Assembly: GCF_001194135.2 (NCBI RefSeq)
Contig: NC_068992.1
Span: forward strand, 63,993,195-64,057,194
DNA: 64,000 nt
Direction: 5' to 3'
From: Octopus bimaculoides
Lineage: Eukaryota
Shown here piece after piece: positions 14,001 to 27,482 of this stretch; positions within the stretch are counted from its first letter, which is position 1; each line of letters opens with the position of its first letter. The notes beneath the pieces are model-generated. The model was not told the origin of the DNA. It saw only the letters and a program-made list of their open reading frames with translations, and searched no databases. Position numbers and translations under genes: made by a program.

Positions 14001-14699
14001 GTAGCAACACAATAAAGCCAGTAGTTTAACATAAAATGTACAAAGAAAATACAAATGTATTTATAAATATTCTTTTTCCCATCCTTCACAACTATTGAAT
14101 AGAATAATCTTCTCCAAGTTTTGAATGTAAGTTCCAATGTTTTACTGTGCTTTGGGATTATTGTAAGAAACAATACCTTCACTCTCTCTCTCAGATGTTG
14201 TTATAATTCATTATTGAAAGCATGTGGGTGGCCATATTCATAGAGCATTGTAGGATATGCATTGAGGTATTTGGTTAAACCCTTTTACATTCTAAACTCA
14301 AATCCTGCTTCGGTCAACTTTGATATTCCTTCCTCATGCTGAGAATTGAATTAACAGACTACACATTTCCCCCTAATAAATCTGTGGTTTTATGGCAGTA
14401 ATATCATTAGCATTACTAAATACTGAAGCATTGAATTTCCTTCTGCACCGTGTTCAAAGCAATACATCTTTTACTTCCCTCCAGCCAGTCTTTTAACTGA
14501 GGTTAGATTAAATCAAAAACAAAACAAACCAATGAAGACTGACTTAATGTTAAACAACTGAAACATCAACAAACCTACACATTGTAAAGTGAGGAGGGAT
14601 TATGTATTACCACATAAATAGATGAAAAGAGAGATACCAACAAAAACGGGAAGCTGTTATTCATGTGTAGGGTACTTTATAAGGTTTCTTATTGCAAAC

Positions 14700-15075
14700 A
14701 CATCTTTCTATAGACATAGAGAATAAATATGAGAATGGAAGTAGGGAGAAACAAAATATGCAAGATTAGTGACTTTATTGTTGCACAAGATAGCAGAGTT
14801 GAAGCCAAAGAAACAGAGAAAATTGAAATGTATTTAGATTTGGGCAAAGATTTGAGAACACAGTGGAGCATGTCAGTAAAGTCTATCCCTATTATCACCA
14901 AAGTAGAGGGAAGAATGTCAAAACAACTATTGATGAAACAGAAGAAATATTGTAATTGTCAGATAGCAGAGCTGCAGAAAATTGTTATCTTGTATTGTGT
15001 AAGAATCCTATGCAAAGTCCTTGAGATATGAATTGGTAATGGAAGCTCATTATAATAATAACAACAATAATAAAT
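14700..15075 (+). mobile_element. 5'-truncated R4/Dong-type non-LTR retrotransposon (restriction-like endonuclease C-terminus)
   Basis: ORF 14729-15031, KICKISDFIVAQDSRVEAKETEKIEMYLDLGKDLRTQWSMSVKSIPII...ELQKIVILYCVRILCKVLEI*, matches the RLE pattern D..V..D..V..KE.EK.EKY.DL..EL..LW...PI...LQK.V.L...RILRKVL. Ends in a TAATAATAACAACAATAATAA tail. Confidence 0.8.
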
Positions 15076-16421
15076 GTTCCTCTAATTTACAGCTTTAGTG
15101 CAAGACCACTTATTTTGAAGCAGGGTGTCAGCTGATTGAATAAACTCCCCAATGATTAACAGGCAGTTATTTTATAAATGAAAGCAAAATCAATGCTGAT
15201 GAAATTTGAAAACTCAGAATTCATGGATATCAACAAGAAGACAAACAAATTTTTTTGGGGGGGGAGGTCAAATTGTAGCAGGGGTAGAGCAAGTGCATTT
15301 ATCATCACAAACAGTTGAAAATACATTAGTGAGCCTATTTCATTTATCCATCTCAAACTCATGTGTAATAACGTCTCCAATATCATTTACATTAAAAATC
15401 TTAATTCACACAGATTATCAGGTTACAAATAGATTATCTTGTTCTATGCTGAGGTCTATGTTATATAATTACCAATCGTTTATATTTTAATTAACCAACA
15501 GATAAGTTGTTTTGCATGTGTGCATATATGTATACACACACACACACACACTTGTTTCTCTTGTTATAAGAGTAAATAACAGTAAAGCACCAAAACAAAA
15601 TGTTTTCCAACAGTCTAGTCAAAACTGTCAGACCTCAGACTTTTAAACAAACTAAAATGAAACTTCAGATAAAGGAATCTACATGTATGTAACAAGAAAA
15701 ATAATGAAATATAGCTTATTCTTTTACAGTTTTTATGAGAGTTTTTTTTTTTTTGTTGTTTTGTTATGTGTTTTGAAACATTTGAAAATGCCAACAACAG
15801 CTGAATGATAATAATGAGAAAAAAAAAAAGCATCAGTAAAGCATTTAATTAACAGCATTTTAAACATCAAATTACTCTGGACTGAACTTTGCATAAAGCT
15901 CATTAATTCAAACAACTAATTGCATAAATACATATTGAAATCAAATATCTTCTGAAAATTGTTCACAGTTAACTATACTATTTGAAAGTCGTGAAATAAA
16001 CACAGATAGCATAATTACACTGTCTGTAGAATATTTTTCAATAAAAATACAATAAAATAAAAACATTTAAAGTGTACATAATCAGCAACTTTTTCGCTAT
16101 TTTCTTATAAGAATCAATCTGAAGTTTAACTAATACTACATCTCATCTGTATATGACATTCTGATCAAGAGCAATAGACTATTATTATTATTATTATAAA
16201 AGAAGTCATTATTGTTGTTGTTGTGTTCTGCCAATCATAAATTTGAAAAGAAAGCAAGATGTAAGAGAAAAGAAAAAAAAATTATTTTAAGTCCTGCTAA
16301 TAAGAGTTGTAAGCCAAACCCTACAGGTTTCCCACTTTCAAAATGGCCATCCCAACTTACTGTCATTAAGTCCTTCACTGCACACTCTAGTCCCTGTACA
16401 TCAGGAGAGAGAGAGGGGGGG

Positions 16422-16458
<37 letters not shown>

Positions 16459-17057
16459 TGCATGTGTATGTGTGCTGTCTCTGCACTCAGTCCTTTTGGC
16501 TGCTTCATGGAGCTGACTGGTTACATGCTACTTCCACTCAGGCTCTCTAGATTCGCACGCACGCACGCACGCACACATATACATCATCCTCTTGATACCC
16601 ATATTGCGCTCTAACTACTTTCCTCCAGAGCATTCCTTGGGAACTGTCTTTCAGCAGCCCTCAAATTGCATCTGTTCAAAAGGAACATCAGCCATAATCT
16701 CACAGGTCTCAGAGAGTCTATATGAAAGCCAAGGCCACAACCCCTTATTTCCAGAGCAAACAAAATAATATCAATATAAATATATGATTTTGTAATAATC
16801 CGTTTTTCGTTGTATACGCACTTATTTTGAGTATTATTCCCTTCAGTCTAATGCTAGTGCTTCAGTTTAAATACAATAATAGAAAAGCTGCTTAGCAGCA
16901 AATAATAAAATTTGATTCTTAGTACAAAATGAAGGAAAAAAGAATAAAAATTATTTTAAAGAATAAAAATTATTTTAAATAAGCATATTTATGGTTAGCT
17001 GAAATAAAATTACTATGCAATTATAGCTCAAATAAAAACTGAGGTTGTAAAACAAAG

Positions 17058-17098
<41 letters not shown>

Positions 17099-17317
17099 GC
17101 CTTGTATAAACAAGCAGGAAAAAGGAAAAAAGTAATATTAGTATTCTATTCAGACTAAATAATAATACATTTAAGCATATCTATAAAAACTGTGTTAACA
17201 CTAAATTGATATAGTAAAATAGAATATGGAGCTAGAATTTTAAAAGCTCAATGTTAGTTATATGCATTCGAAGGAATGAATGATCATAGATAAAATAGAC
17301 ATTTTGAGTAAATGGAG

Positions 17318-17361
<44 letters not shown>

Positions 17362-17522
17362 TGAGAGAGGAAGCAGGCACAAAAGAATTAAGCGATGAGA
17401 GCTGAAGAAAGATATGGTGTAATGTGCATTAACTGCATAGACATCCAATTGGACATAATATCAGATAAACTGTCTATTCTAGTCGCACAATTGCAACTGA
17501 TCTATGATTGACTAGTTACTTA

Positions 17523-17587
<65 letters not shown>

Positions 17588-18426
17588 ACTTGCCTGAAGA
17601 CCTAGTGCACCCATATGTGAAACTCAGAGTAGCAAGAGACCAACTCAACCAAACTAAAAATATTAATCTCTAGTATGGTATTAAGTACTCTTTCTCCTGA
17701 CAATCAACACTAAACACGTGCATGTGTGTGTGTATGTGCATACTGCAAATTATTTTTTAAAAAAAAACAATTTGTACAAAAAAAAAAGATTTAATTAAAA
17801 AAAATAAAAGAATGGCATTTAAAGAATAAGGAACTTGATTGAACAAAAGGCAAATTATTTAGTAAATATTTCATGATTCTGTAATTCTATCTGTTGAAAT
17901 AAATTCTTTATTACCAATTCGTGTATTCAACTCATCACACACATTCACACTTTCAATACTTCACAGTAGGCTGGTCATCATGTCACTTTTACAAACAAGA
18001 ATTCAATTGCAGTAAAAAGTGTCATCATATTCATATTGTCTTATAAAGAGAGAGTAAACATTATTGCCTTACAAGCATTGTTTTACTGGCTTGGATTCTA
18101 AACAAATTAAATATATGTAAAGAAGGAAGAAAAATGAATGCTTAAATGAGAAATTATCTAACAAGTAGTTCAGCAACAATCTATTATTGAAGTTATCCTT
18201 ATACTATAATGCAAGTTTTAATTATTTATATTAAAAATATGCGACAGAATTTAGCCCAACGTCAAGGCTAACTTCAGAGTTTTCATGCCAAGTGTCATGT
18301 CTTTCATATGCCAATGCTTGTATTAACCACTATGGTCAGAGAATAAGAATTGTTAGTAGTTTTATTGCATTCATTAAATGTTTTCATGCAAAACATGCCC
18401 TGGAGCAGTAAGAAAGCAGTTCGTAC

Positions 18427-18457
18427 CAACACTGCCATCATTGCAGCCACCAAGATG
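18427..18457 (-). CDS. Candidate 31-nt microexon (HLGGCNDGSV in phase 0; frame uncertain)
   Basis: Acceptor TCCTTCCCCTTTCCCTAG, donor TTG/GTACGA, and downstream GCATG motifs (18385-18390, 18394-18399). Confidence 0.3.
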
Positions 18458-18504
18458 CTAGGGAAAGGGGAAGGACTTAGACTGAGAGGCAATCACAAAC
18501 TCAC

Positions 18505-18540
18505 CGGGGAAGTGACACGCCATTAAGATGTGGGTATAAC
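18505..18540 (-). CDS. Candidate 36-nt frame-preserving microexon (xGYTHILMACHFP in phase 1, or LYPHLNGVSLP in phase 2)
   Basis: Consensus branch point CACTAAC (18559-18565), acceptor TTGCAG (AG at 18541-18542) and donor CCG/GTGAGT (GT at 18503-18504), in non-repetitive and relatively GC-rich sequence. Confidence 0.5.
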
Positions 18541-19474
18541 CTGCAATATGTATAGGCTGTTAGTGTGATCAGGTTCAAAAAGCAAAACAAAGAACTCTTT
18601 ATAATTTTAATTAACAGAGGCCATTGGGTTTTGTTTTTTTTTTTTTGTTTTTTTTTGTTTTTTTTTTGTTTCTTTTTTCTTTAAGAGGGATGATAGTAAA
18701 TAAGGTGAGGAGTGAAGTAAAGCTGAATTTTATTCCTTACTACTGGGTCAGCAGACTGAACTTCCATAATATGGCAGTTCATCAATTTTGAGATTTTATT
18801 AGGTTGAAAGCAGCTCTCTGGCAAAAGACAGCCCTTTATGATGTTTATATCTCATGTGATGAGAATTTTAGGCAAATCTCACTTCAAAGCCTTTTCAACC
18901 ATCATGCAGATATTTAAAAAAAACAACAACAACAAAAAACAAAACAAAAAAAACAAAACAAAAAACATTTAAACTGAAAACAAAAACAGGATAAGTAACT
19001 AAAGGTTTTAATAAAATGAAATATTAACAAACAAAAATAACAGAACATAAAACAAAAAAAGAATATATTTTAACACACATCTAAAAATAATTGTGTCAGT
19101 TCATTAAGTTTTAGTGAGTACACACGCACACACACAACATACCTTTATAAAACTATTTTTTAAAAGAATTATCGTAATAGCCAAATAATTAATGATATCT
19201 GAACAAATAAACATCTATTTTTATAATTTGAAAATATTCAGCAGGTTGGCCATTTCCCCAGGATGAAAGGGCATGTTATTTTTTTATAGTTTCTTACATT
19301 AATATTATAACTTACTATTTTAATCATAATTAGTAAAGAGAACTCTATAAAGTTGTCTGTTCCATTTAATGCCCCAACCAAATTTCACCCCCCACCACCT
19401 TGATTTTTTTTTTTTTTTAAATCAGAAAGATGACACAAAACCTTAATATGATCAGACCAAAGACAATATCTTAA

Positions 19475-19688
19475 CCCTTTAGCAGTCACATTACTGTCAA
19501 ATGTAATACCTGTCTATTTACACTGTTTTGAATTAATCATGCATTATCTTTAGAGCTTTGAAATTTCTATGAAGTGATTGTTTATTTTAGAATGACATTA
19601 TAGAGTAAGTGTGTAGGGATAGATCTGGCTAGCTGGAACATAAAACAGGATATTTACACTAAATATAGCCAGTTTAAATGCTAAAAAG
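19475..19688. mobile_element. TTAA-flanked (piggyBac-type) MITE family 1
   Basis: TTAA-CCCTTTAGCA ... TGCTAAAAAG-TTAA. Confidence 0.7.
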
Positions 19689-20094
19689 TTAATACAATCT
19701 TAGTGCTAACATGCTATCTTAAAGACAATGCTTTCACAGTGACATGTGCTTTTATGTGGTGATTTGATTTTATTATATATTTTCTGTAGTTATTGGACCA
19801 TGTTGTGGCACCACCAAGAAGTGTTTAGTAAATCATATTGATACAAATATTTATATCAGTCTGTGACTAATTTTACTGATATATTTATCAAATCACTAAG
19901 TTTTGATTTATACAATTGTGCTGTGGCTGAGAGTATGTGTGTTTGTATATCTATGTGTATATGTCTACATGTCTAAGTTTATGAAACTGTCTATGTGTAT
20001 GCCCATGTATGGTGTGTGTCTGCATGCTTGTGTATATATCAGTCTATGTGTAACTATATGTATATTTCCATTTATCTGTCTTTAAATATGTACA

Positions 20095-20171
<77 letters not shown>

Positions 20172-20264
20172 AACTTTCCTTATCTATTATTACACAAAGT
20201 TGTTAGTTAATTTTCATTGCCAATTTCACCGTAACAAAATTTTGGGGGGGTACCCATGTGTCAG

Positions 20265-20314
<50 letters not shown>

Positions 20315-20454
20315 ATATGTAAGCCTGTATATATTTATATACATATATGTTAATGACACAAACACATATTCTCTGTTATAACAAAATTAGATATGTGTAC
20401 TCTTTATGATTTGAATTGTTGGTTTGTTGCCAAAAGCAAACAGACAGCACTCAC

Positions 20455-20544
20455 AGACAAATTCATATAATACTAGTGAGATGTTCGGACTGAATGAATA
20501 TAGGATGGACATGGGTAATGCCCAAAATCCTAAATTTGTCCAGT
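20455..20544 (-). CDS. Candidate 90-nt exon, open in phase 1 (xWTNLGFWALPMSILYSFSPNISLVLYEFV)
   Basis: Strong acceptor TTTTTTCTTTTGTAG and donor CT/GTGAGT. Length is a multiple of 3, and only one of the three frames is stop-free. Confidence 0.4.
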
Positions 20545-20981
20545 CTACAAAAGAAAAAAATTATTAAAAAAAAATAAATAAATAAAAACTTGTATTGGAG
20601 CGATGTTCCAGCTGCCAGTAATAGTAACATCTATTACGATTGACCATTATTTGTCTTTCCTTGCACCAGTTTGGACTATCAAGGTATTGTTTATTAGATA
20701 TTTTTCACTATTCAATAAAAGAAAAATCATGTTACTAACTTTAGCACAAATATTTTCCATGGTCAACTGTAAAAGAAATCTTGTCAGAAACAGTAGCCAA
20801 AGAGATAATGAACATTAATTTCTAAAATTATTCAAGAATTATAGGAAGTCAATTTATAGATGCTCAAAAATTATAATGTATCAATTTAGTAAAAAAAAAA
20901 ATAAGAGGGAAAAAACTCCCCAAAACAAAACATGATTCTCATCATTTGTTGACATTGCCAAATTGTCACTGATGGATGCAA

Positions 20982-21031
<50 letters not shown>

Positions 21032-23709
21032 TAAATCATAAGTGACATTTGATTTAAATACTTGTTTAAATACATTTTTGTTTCACATATTAAAGGAAAA
21101 GGACCTAGGTATATCAAAGTAGCTAAGAAATTTAATTCGCAATCATGGGGTCTTAGATTGATTCCACTGCTCCATAGATCAGGCCTTGGACTGAAATTAG
21201 GTAGATGCAAACTGCATGCAAAACCTTTGGATAAGTTCTACTTGTAACTCAGCATCAACCTTATATTGTGTTGTGCTGATTCAATTTGAGAATTACATGT
21301 TAATTCAATCAGTAGGTAGTTCAATTGATAAAACAACTGGATGCTCATTGTTGGATGGTCCATCATTATGTTAACACATGTTGAATTAAATACAAGAAGT
21401 GCAAGAACTAATCTACATAGATTGGTTTGCAGTTACAACTAACATACTTAAATCATTAAATGCCAATCAAAATATAATTACCAAGGTGAGATTTCAAAAT
21501 AAAAGAAAAGTAATGAGATGTTGAAATAAGGAAGAAATGATTATAAAACTTGGAGAACAGTTGAAGAAGAAAGACGTAAACAAATTTGATTTATTTACAC
21601 ATTAAATGTAATGAATAGTTTGAACAGAGAGCTGATATTTGAACACAAAACTTAACTCATTAATTAAGAATTCTTGAATGAATGAAATAAATAGAAAAAT
21701 ATATAATATGACTAAATGCTTAAGAATTGAAGATATCTCACATATTCTATCTAAAGTACACATCTTCATAAAATTATATTGTTATCTCAGCAGTTTTTTT
21801 TTTTTTTTATGTATGATTAAAAAGAAATAAAAACCAAGTATTTTCTATTGCTGCTAACAAGAGATTTGTCAGTGGCATATTTATAAGTTTCAGGTGATTT
21901 TTTTGTTTTTCTTTTTCTTTAGACAAAACATGGTCAAGATCAGGTTTTTAGGTCATCTGACAAATGTGAAAATATGGAGAGTGAGATTTTTCTCAAGTAA
22001 GCTCTTCAAAATGTGTGGAAGTAATCCTAGCTGTATGAGGGTTGAATTGTTAGGGTAGAACACAATCTCTTTGTAGTCATAACTAACAAAGGTTTGTCTT
22101 TAGAGTTTTCTTTCTTTCCTTTGTACAGTGTCCATAGGATCTAGCTGTTGAAATCAGATCTGAATAGTTATTTATTTGGATGACTGAGTTGTAATCTCTT
22201 AAAATGTGTTTTGGCAATTTTATTCTGCCAAACACTACACAAAAGTTTGAGGCAAAGCAGTGTTGTAGCTGGCTGGTTCTCCTGCATATCTTGCTTATCA
22301 ATGAATAACTATCTCTTATACTACCAAATGAGACAGCTAAATGTCATTACAAGATGAACATAGTTCACAAACAGGGTACAGAAGTTACCACTTAGGGTGT
22401 GGAACTGATAATTTTGAATATGTCAACATATTTTTCATTATGATGAGAAAGATTAAAACTCTTTTAAAGACACCAACAACAAACCATGCTCGTTTCAAAA
22501 AAATTTATTTCTCAGACTGCACACCATGAATCTGACTGGACTATTTTGAAACCTTATTATCTACACACAGATCTTCAAGTTACCTTCCCAAATTCAATTT
22601 CTCAAGAACACTGCAAAACCTGAGTCCAGTTAACTAAAGATAAAGATGTAAGATTACTTGGTGGTGATCCAGATGGTTATACTTAACCATTTCTATTGTG
22701 TGCCAGTACCATCATGTAACTGGATAGCCTTGCTGCTGTGGTTTAGTCTCAAAGTAAGATAAACCTTTGCTCAATGGTGTTCCAAACATGGCCCTCTTGT
22801 CTAACTAGTAGACATGTTATTAACCACAGAAAGATAAAAGATGAATTTGGCTCTGGCAGTATTTGAACTCAGAATGCAAGAGGGCATAAATACATAGCAT
22901 TCAATTCCTTGTTCTACAAATTCTCTCAATTGCAAATAACAGATGATCAAAGTAGGAGATAAGGAATACTGCTGCTGATAGAGGCAATAGTATCAAGAAC
23001 AAGAAAAGATATATTCAGAAAACTAAAAATTTGTATTGGTAACAAACATCTAAGAGATGAGAAAATTTGGGATGTGTGGAGAGAAGGAGATTCTAGGATA
23101 TAAATATGGTACATGATCAGGAAATCTAAGTAGTGAAAGAAGTGGATTTGTAAAAGCAGGAAATTAATGAATTTTATATGAAGATCAACAGATGGAAATT
23201 AATAGAAACCAGTGATCTAGTATCAAAAAAGTTTTTAAAAGAATAATAGAAAAGAATGAAAAAAATGAAATAAGATTTTTAAAATTTACCTAAAGAACTT
23301 CACATAGATAGCCATAAACAATATGAATATAGTTAATCAATACCAGCTTTAGAAATAGATTTCATATCATTTAATACTAATGAATATGGTTATGATGATG
23401 AAGTAGCCATAAAACATACTAATCAGTGATGTCTGGTTATTTTCAAGACTGAAGTGAATCTGAATAATCAAGAAAATGTTTATCCTCTTACTGTATGTAT
23501 TTAAATAAAAATATATTTTGCCCAGTTTTGTGTACTCAATATGATTCAAAAACCAAACAAGAGTAACATTTTTATTTAGTTTTTTTTTTTTTTTTTAGCT
23601 TATTTTGTCAATAATTAAGGATATAAAAGAAAATCCTACAGAATACATAAAAATTAACAATTCCTTACTTGGGTCAAAAAATATAGTAGCCTATGAAATC
23701 CTTATATGT

Positions 23710-23788
<79 letters not shown>

Positions 23789-23839
23789 TACATAAAGTAA
23801 CTCATGGATGGATTGTTCCAGAGTTTTGATGTGAGCTTG

Positions 23840-24010
23840 CAGGCACCTCTGGTCAAAGAAGAGGTGCAAAGACTCCCTAAACAAACCCCTTGGTTCCTAC
23901 CACACTGATCACCAGTGATCTGGTGTTGCTGCTGACTGAGAATCCTCTCAATGTCCACTGAGCAACAGCTTTGTTTGAAGACACCCACAGGACCATCCTT
24001 GCACAAGGTC
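23840..24010 (-). mobile_element. Possible RLE-type LINE C-terminal relic
   Basis: Minus frame ...ISVVGTKGFV* resembles the VEVGCRGF motif of RLE LINEs. Confidence 0.3.
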
Positions 24011-24039
24011 AACAGTTTTGAGGGAAGGGGCAAGTCAGT

Positions 24040-25356
24040 TACACTGACCCCAGTACTTGACTGGTAGTTCATTTGCTCAACCCTGGAGCGATGAAGGGTA
24101 AAGTTGACCTCGGTGGGATTTGCACTCAAAATGTTGAATCAGAACTGCAAAGCAATCTTTCCAATACTCTAACAATTCTACCATTTTGCCATCTTGTTTG
24201 TTTTGATTTAGGCACAAGGCCAACAATTTTGAAGTAAAGGGGTTAGGGATAAAAAGCTAAGTTGACTTCAGCAGGATTTGAACTCAATGTAGAAATCTTG
24301 AACAAATACTACTAGGGAGTTTGTCCAACATTTTAAAGAATCAACCAATCTACCATCTTTAAAAACCTGTTTCTAATAAGTTCAGGGTCTCGGATTTGGG
24401 ACAAGGGTTAGTTGACATTATAGACCCCAGTGCTTAACTTGTACCCATTTTATTGAGCATGAAAAGACGAAAGGCAAAGTTGACCTCAGTGGGATCTGGA
24501 CTTAGACATAAGGAGTTGGAAGAAACATTGCAAGACATCTGGTCCGACTCTCTAATGATTCTACCCTGTCTACCACCCTTAATAATAATAATAATCCTTT
24601 CTACTGAAGGCACAAGGCCTGAAATTTGGTGGAGATAGGATTGGTTAATTACATCGACCCCAATGTTTCACTGGTACTTAATTTATCAACCCTGAAAAGA
24701 TGAAAGGCAAAGCTGACCTCAGTGGAATTTGAATATAATAATAATAATAAGGCATCAAGAGGAACATAGAGGAAATTGGAATAGAGTGCTCAGTAGAACT
24801 GTTGCAAAATGTTTTCCTCCTTGGCATGGCCAGAATAATCAGGAAAGTATTAGACAGTTGAAAAGAACAGATAGCATGGCACCGTAGGCTGCAGGCAGCA
24901 AGCCCACTACACATGAAAAATTCCACAAGTTCCATCAAAACCTAAGATAAAAAGAAAAGTAATAATAAAAACAATCCTTTCTACTATAGGCAGAAGACTT
25001 GAAATTTGGTACTTATTTTATCAACCCCCAAAAGGATGAAATGCAACGACGACCTTGCTGGATTTGAACTCAATATGATGGATTCTCCTGTTGAAAAAAA
25101 ACAACATATGAGTCTTCAGTCTTTACCAAACAACCTGCACAAATGATTTTGTTTATAGTGACCACGTGTATGTGGCTGTACATTAGCTCAGTCCCTCCAT
25201 TAAAACGACATTGCCTGAACAGGTGCACAGTGTATCACGCATCAGATGTCAAAGTGGTTGCAGAGCAACCTGAAATTAAGTATTTTGCACAAGAACACAA
25301 CACACCACCCCACAATCGTAAGTGCAACACATTAACCACTTGGTCATGCCCCTTCA

Positions 25357-25396
<40 letters not shown>

Positions 25397-25595
25397 TTCT
25401 AATTTTGGCACAAGGCCTGCACTTTTTTAGTGGAAGAGGGAAATCAATTGCATCAACCCCAGTCAAATGGAATATATTTTATTGACCCGAAAGGATGAAA
25501 GACAAAGTCAACCTTGGTGGCATTTGAACTCAGAACAAAGAACCCAAAGAAATACTGCAAGGCATTTTGTCAGATTCTCTAATGAACCACCCTTC

Positions 25596-25600
<5 letters not shown>
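24040..25600 (-). mobile_element. Cluster of about 5-6 same-orientation SINE family B copies with (ATT)n tails
   Basis: Repeated GGCACAAGGCC..AATTT...ACCCCAG...GGTAC..ATTTTATT...GATGAAAGGCAAAGTTGACCTC...GGATTTGAACTCA blocks separated by (AAT)n. Confidence 0.8.
24751..24970 (+). mobile_element. 5'-truncated R4/Dong-type element 3' end inserted in a (TAA)n tract
   Basis: Frame 24751-24861 reads GIKRNIEEIGIECSVELLQNVFLLGMARIIRKVLDS* (compare ELLQKACLLGTARIIRKVL). It is followed by a ~100-nt 3' UTR and has TAA repeats on both sides. Confidence 0.75.
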
Positions 25601-25633
<33 letters not shown>

Positions 25634-27119
25634 GTTTGGCAAGAAAAGTGAAGAAAATTAATGAAATATAAGAAGAAACAAATCAATAACAAGTGGCAAC
25701 ATTCAATATGAGTAGAAAGATATAACCACCACCACAGCAACAACAAAAAGAAATAGAAAAACAAAGGGAGATTAATATAAAATTAGAGTTAAATTCAAGA
25801 CAAAAGAGATTTGCAGTTATTTCTGAATTGTTCTTAATTCACCGGGTTTTCTAAATAAAGATGATTAAGACTCATTGACAAAAAAAAAAAAAGCTAAAAA
25901 CAATGCAAACAAAAAGAAAGAAAAAGTGGTGTCTGCAAACACATGAATAGAAACCAGTAGATTTGTTGGTTTGTTGGATGTTTTTTAATCATTTTTATTT
26001 TTCTTCTGCTGTGCTTTTTTGTCTTATTTTTAAGTAGCCGTGTTCAGAATTCAGCAGCAGTTGCACAGTTTATCAGCCGTTCTCCTTCCTCGAAACACTA
26101 GTACAATAGTGAGGTGTTGTAGCTAAATGAAGTATTTAGCAAGCCAGACAAAACAGTACCCAACTTGTGATACAAATAGTAGGCTTCTTCTTCATTGGGA
26201 AAGAAACTTCACATTATTTGAAGCATGAAAAGAAATTTCATTTGGGTGCTGCGAGTACGAAGTTAGGAAGATAAATAAATACAGAAATAAATTGCTCTTA
26301 CTGACTGAATACAAATCAGGTTTTATTGAGTGAACTTATAATAATAAGTAATAAAAAATGTGTAATTATTATAGAATACTTTCACAGAAATAACCCACAA
26401 CATGCTACAAAAGTGGAGTTGGGTTGTTACCAGAGAATAATAATTTTTCTAGACTAAATTCTGGACCATTTTTTGCAGAGTGAAATATAATTAATGAAAT
26501 CATCTCTAATTCAATGCAGAGAAATAATAAATAATATGCTGACTCCCCTGCAGCATTTCAAATTCAGTGCAATGATGTACCAAACAAGGTTCACAAGCTA
26601 ACAAGAAAGTTTCTATATGGGCAATCTTTTCCCAGAAGCAGGTTACATGAATTATGGCTCATCATAAGGTAGGCCACACAACTAAAAAAACTGAAGGTAA
26701 TTTTTCATTATGTGTGCCATTAAGAAAAACTCACAGGCTGTAGGTTGCCAATGATTGGTCTATTGAGTTGCTTGACATGTTAAAAAAATGAGGCCATATC
26801 TCCTTCAAATCATGTCTTGCCATTTCATACATAAAAGCAAGATACATTGGATAATAGTAATCCTAAATACTCTAAAGAATGGGAACATCATGATTGGAAT
26901 GGCTTTGGCTCAGTTCCGTCAGGGCAGGATTAGATTCTGAACAACAATAAATAAATCATCTCTAGTGGCTGTGTGGTTAAGCTTTGTTTGCAACCATGTG
27001 ATCTGAGGTTCAATCCTCATTATGTGACTTCTTAGGCAAGTGTTCTCTACAATAGCCCCAGGCCAACCAATGTGAGCTTCACGGAAGCTGTATGTATGTG
27101 TGTTCTATTTATTTCAGAC

Positions 27120-27482
27120 TTTGGATCGCAGCCATGCTGGGGCATCACCTTGAAGGATTTTTAATTTGAATGAATAGACTCCAGTACATATATTTTTTTT
27201 TAAAGTCTGGTACTTACTCTGTTGGTCTCTTTTTCTAAACTGCTAAGCTACAGGGACATAAACACACCAACACCAGTTGTCAAGTGGTGGTGGAGGAGAA
27301 ACACAGACACAAAGACATGCACGTGTGTGCATGCGCACGCACACACACACACACACACACAATGGGCTTCTTTCAGTATCTGTCAACCAAATCCACTGAC
27401 AAAGGTTGCCCAAAGTGCAACTCAGCGGGACTGAACCCAAAATCATGTGGTTGGAAAGCAAGTTTCTTACCACACAGCCACA
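27120..27482 (-). mobile_element. SINE family A copy. Further copies: 26965-27075 (+), 27550-27670 (-), 32752-33140 (-), 37170-37540 (-), 43927-44180 (-), 50010-50140 (+), 52706-52970 (-), 54735-54850 (+), 57585-57740 (+), 63790-63965 (-)
   Basis: Direct homology to 474-842; boundaries approximate. Confidence 0.75.

Noticed and set aside
21923-21996. Plus-strand 74-nt exon-like segment with a strong acceptor and GTAAGC donor
   Set aside because: Not a multiple of 3, no recognisable peptide, and no other supported plus-strand exons. Such sites occur by chance in AT-rich DNA.
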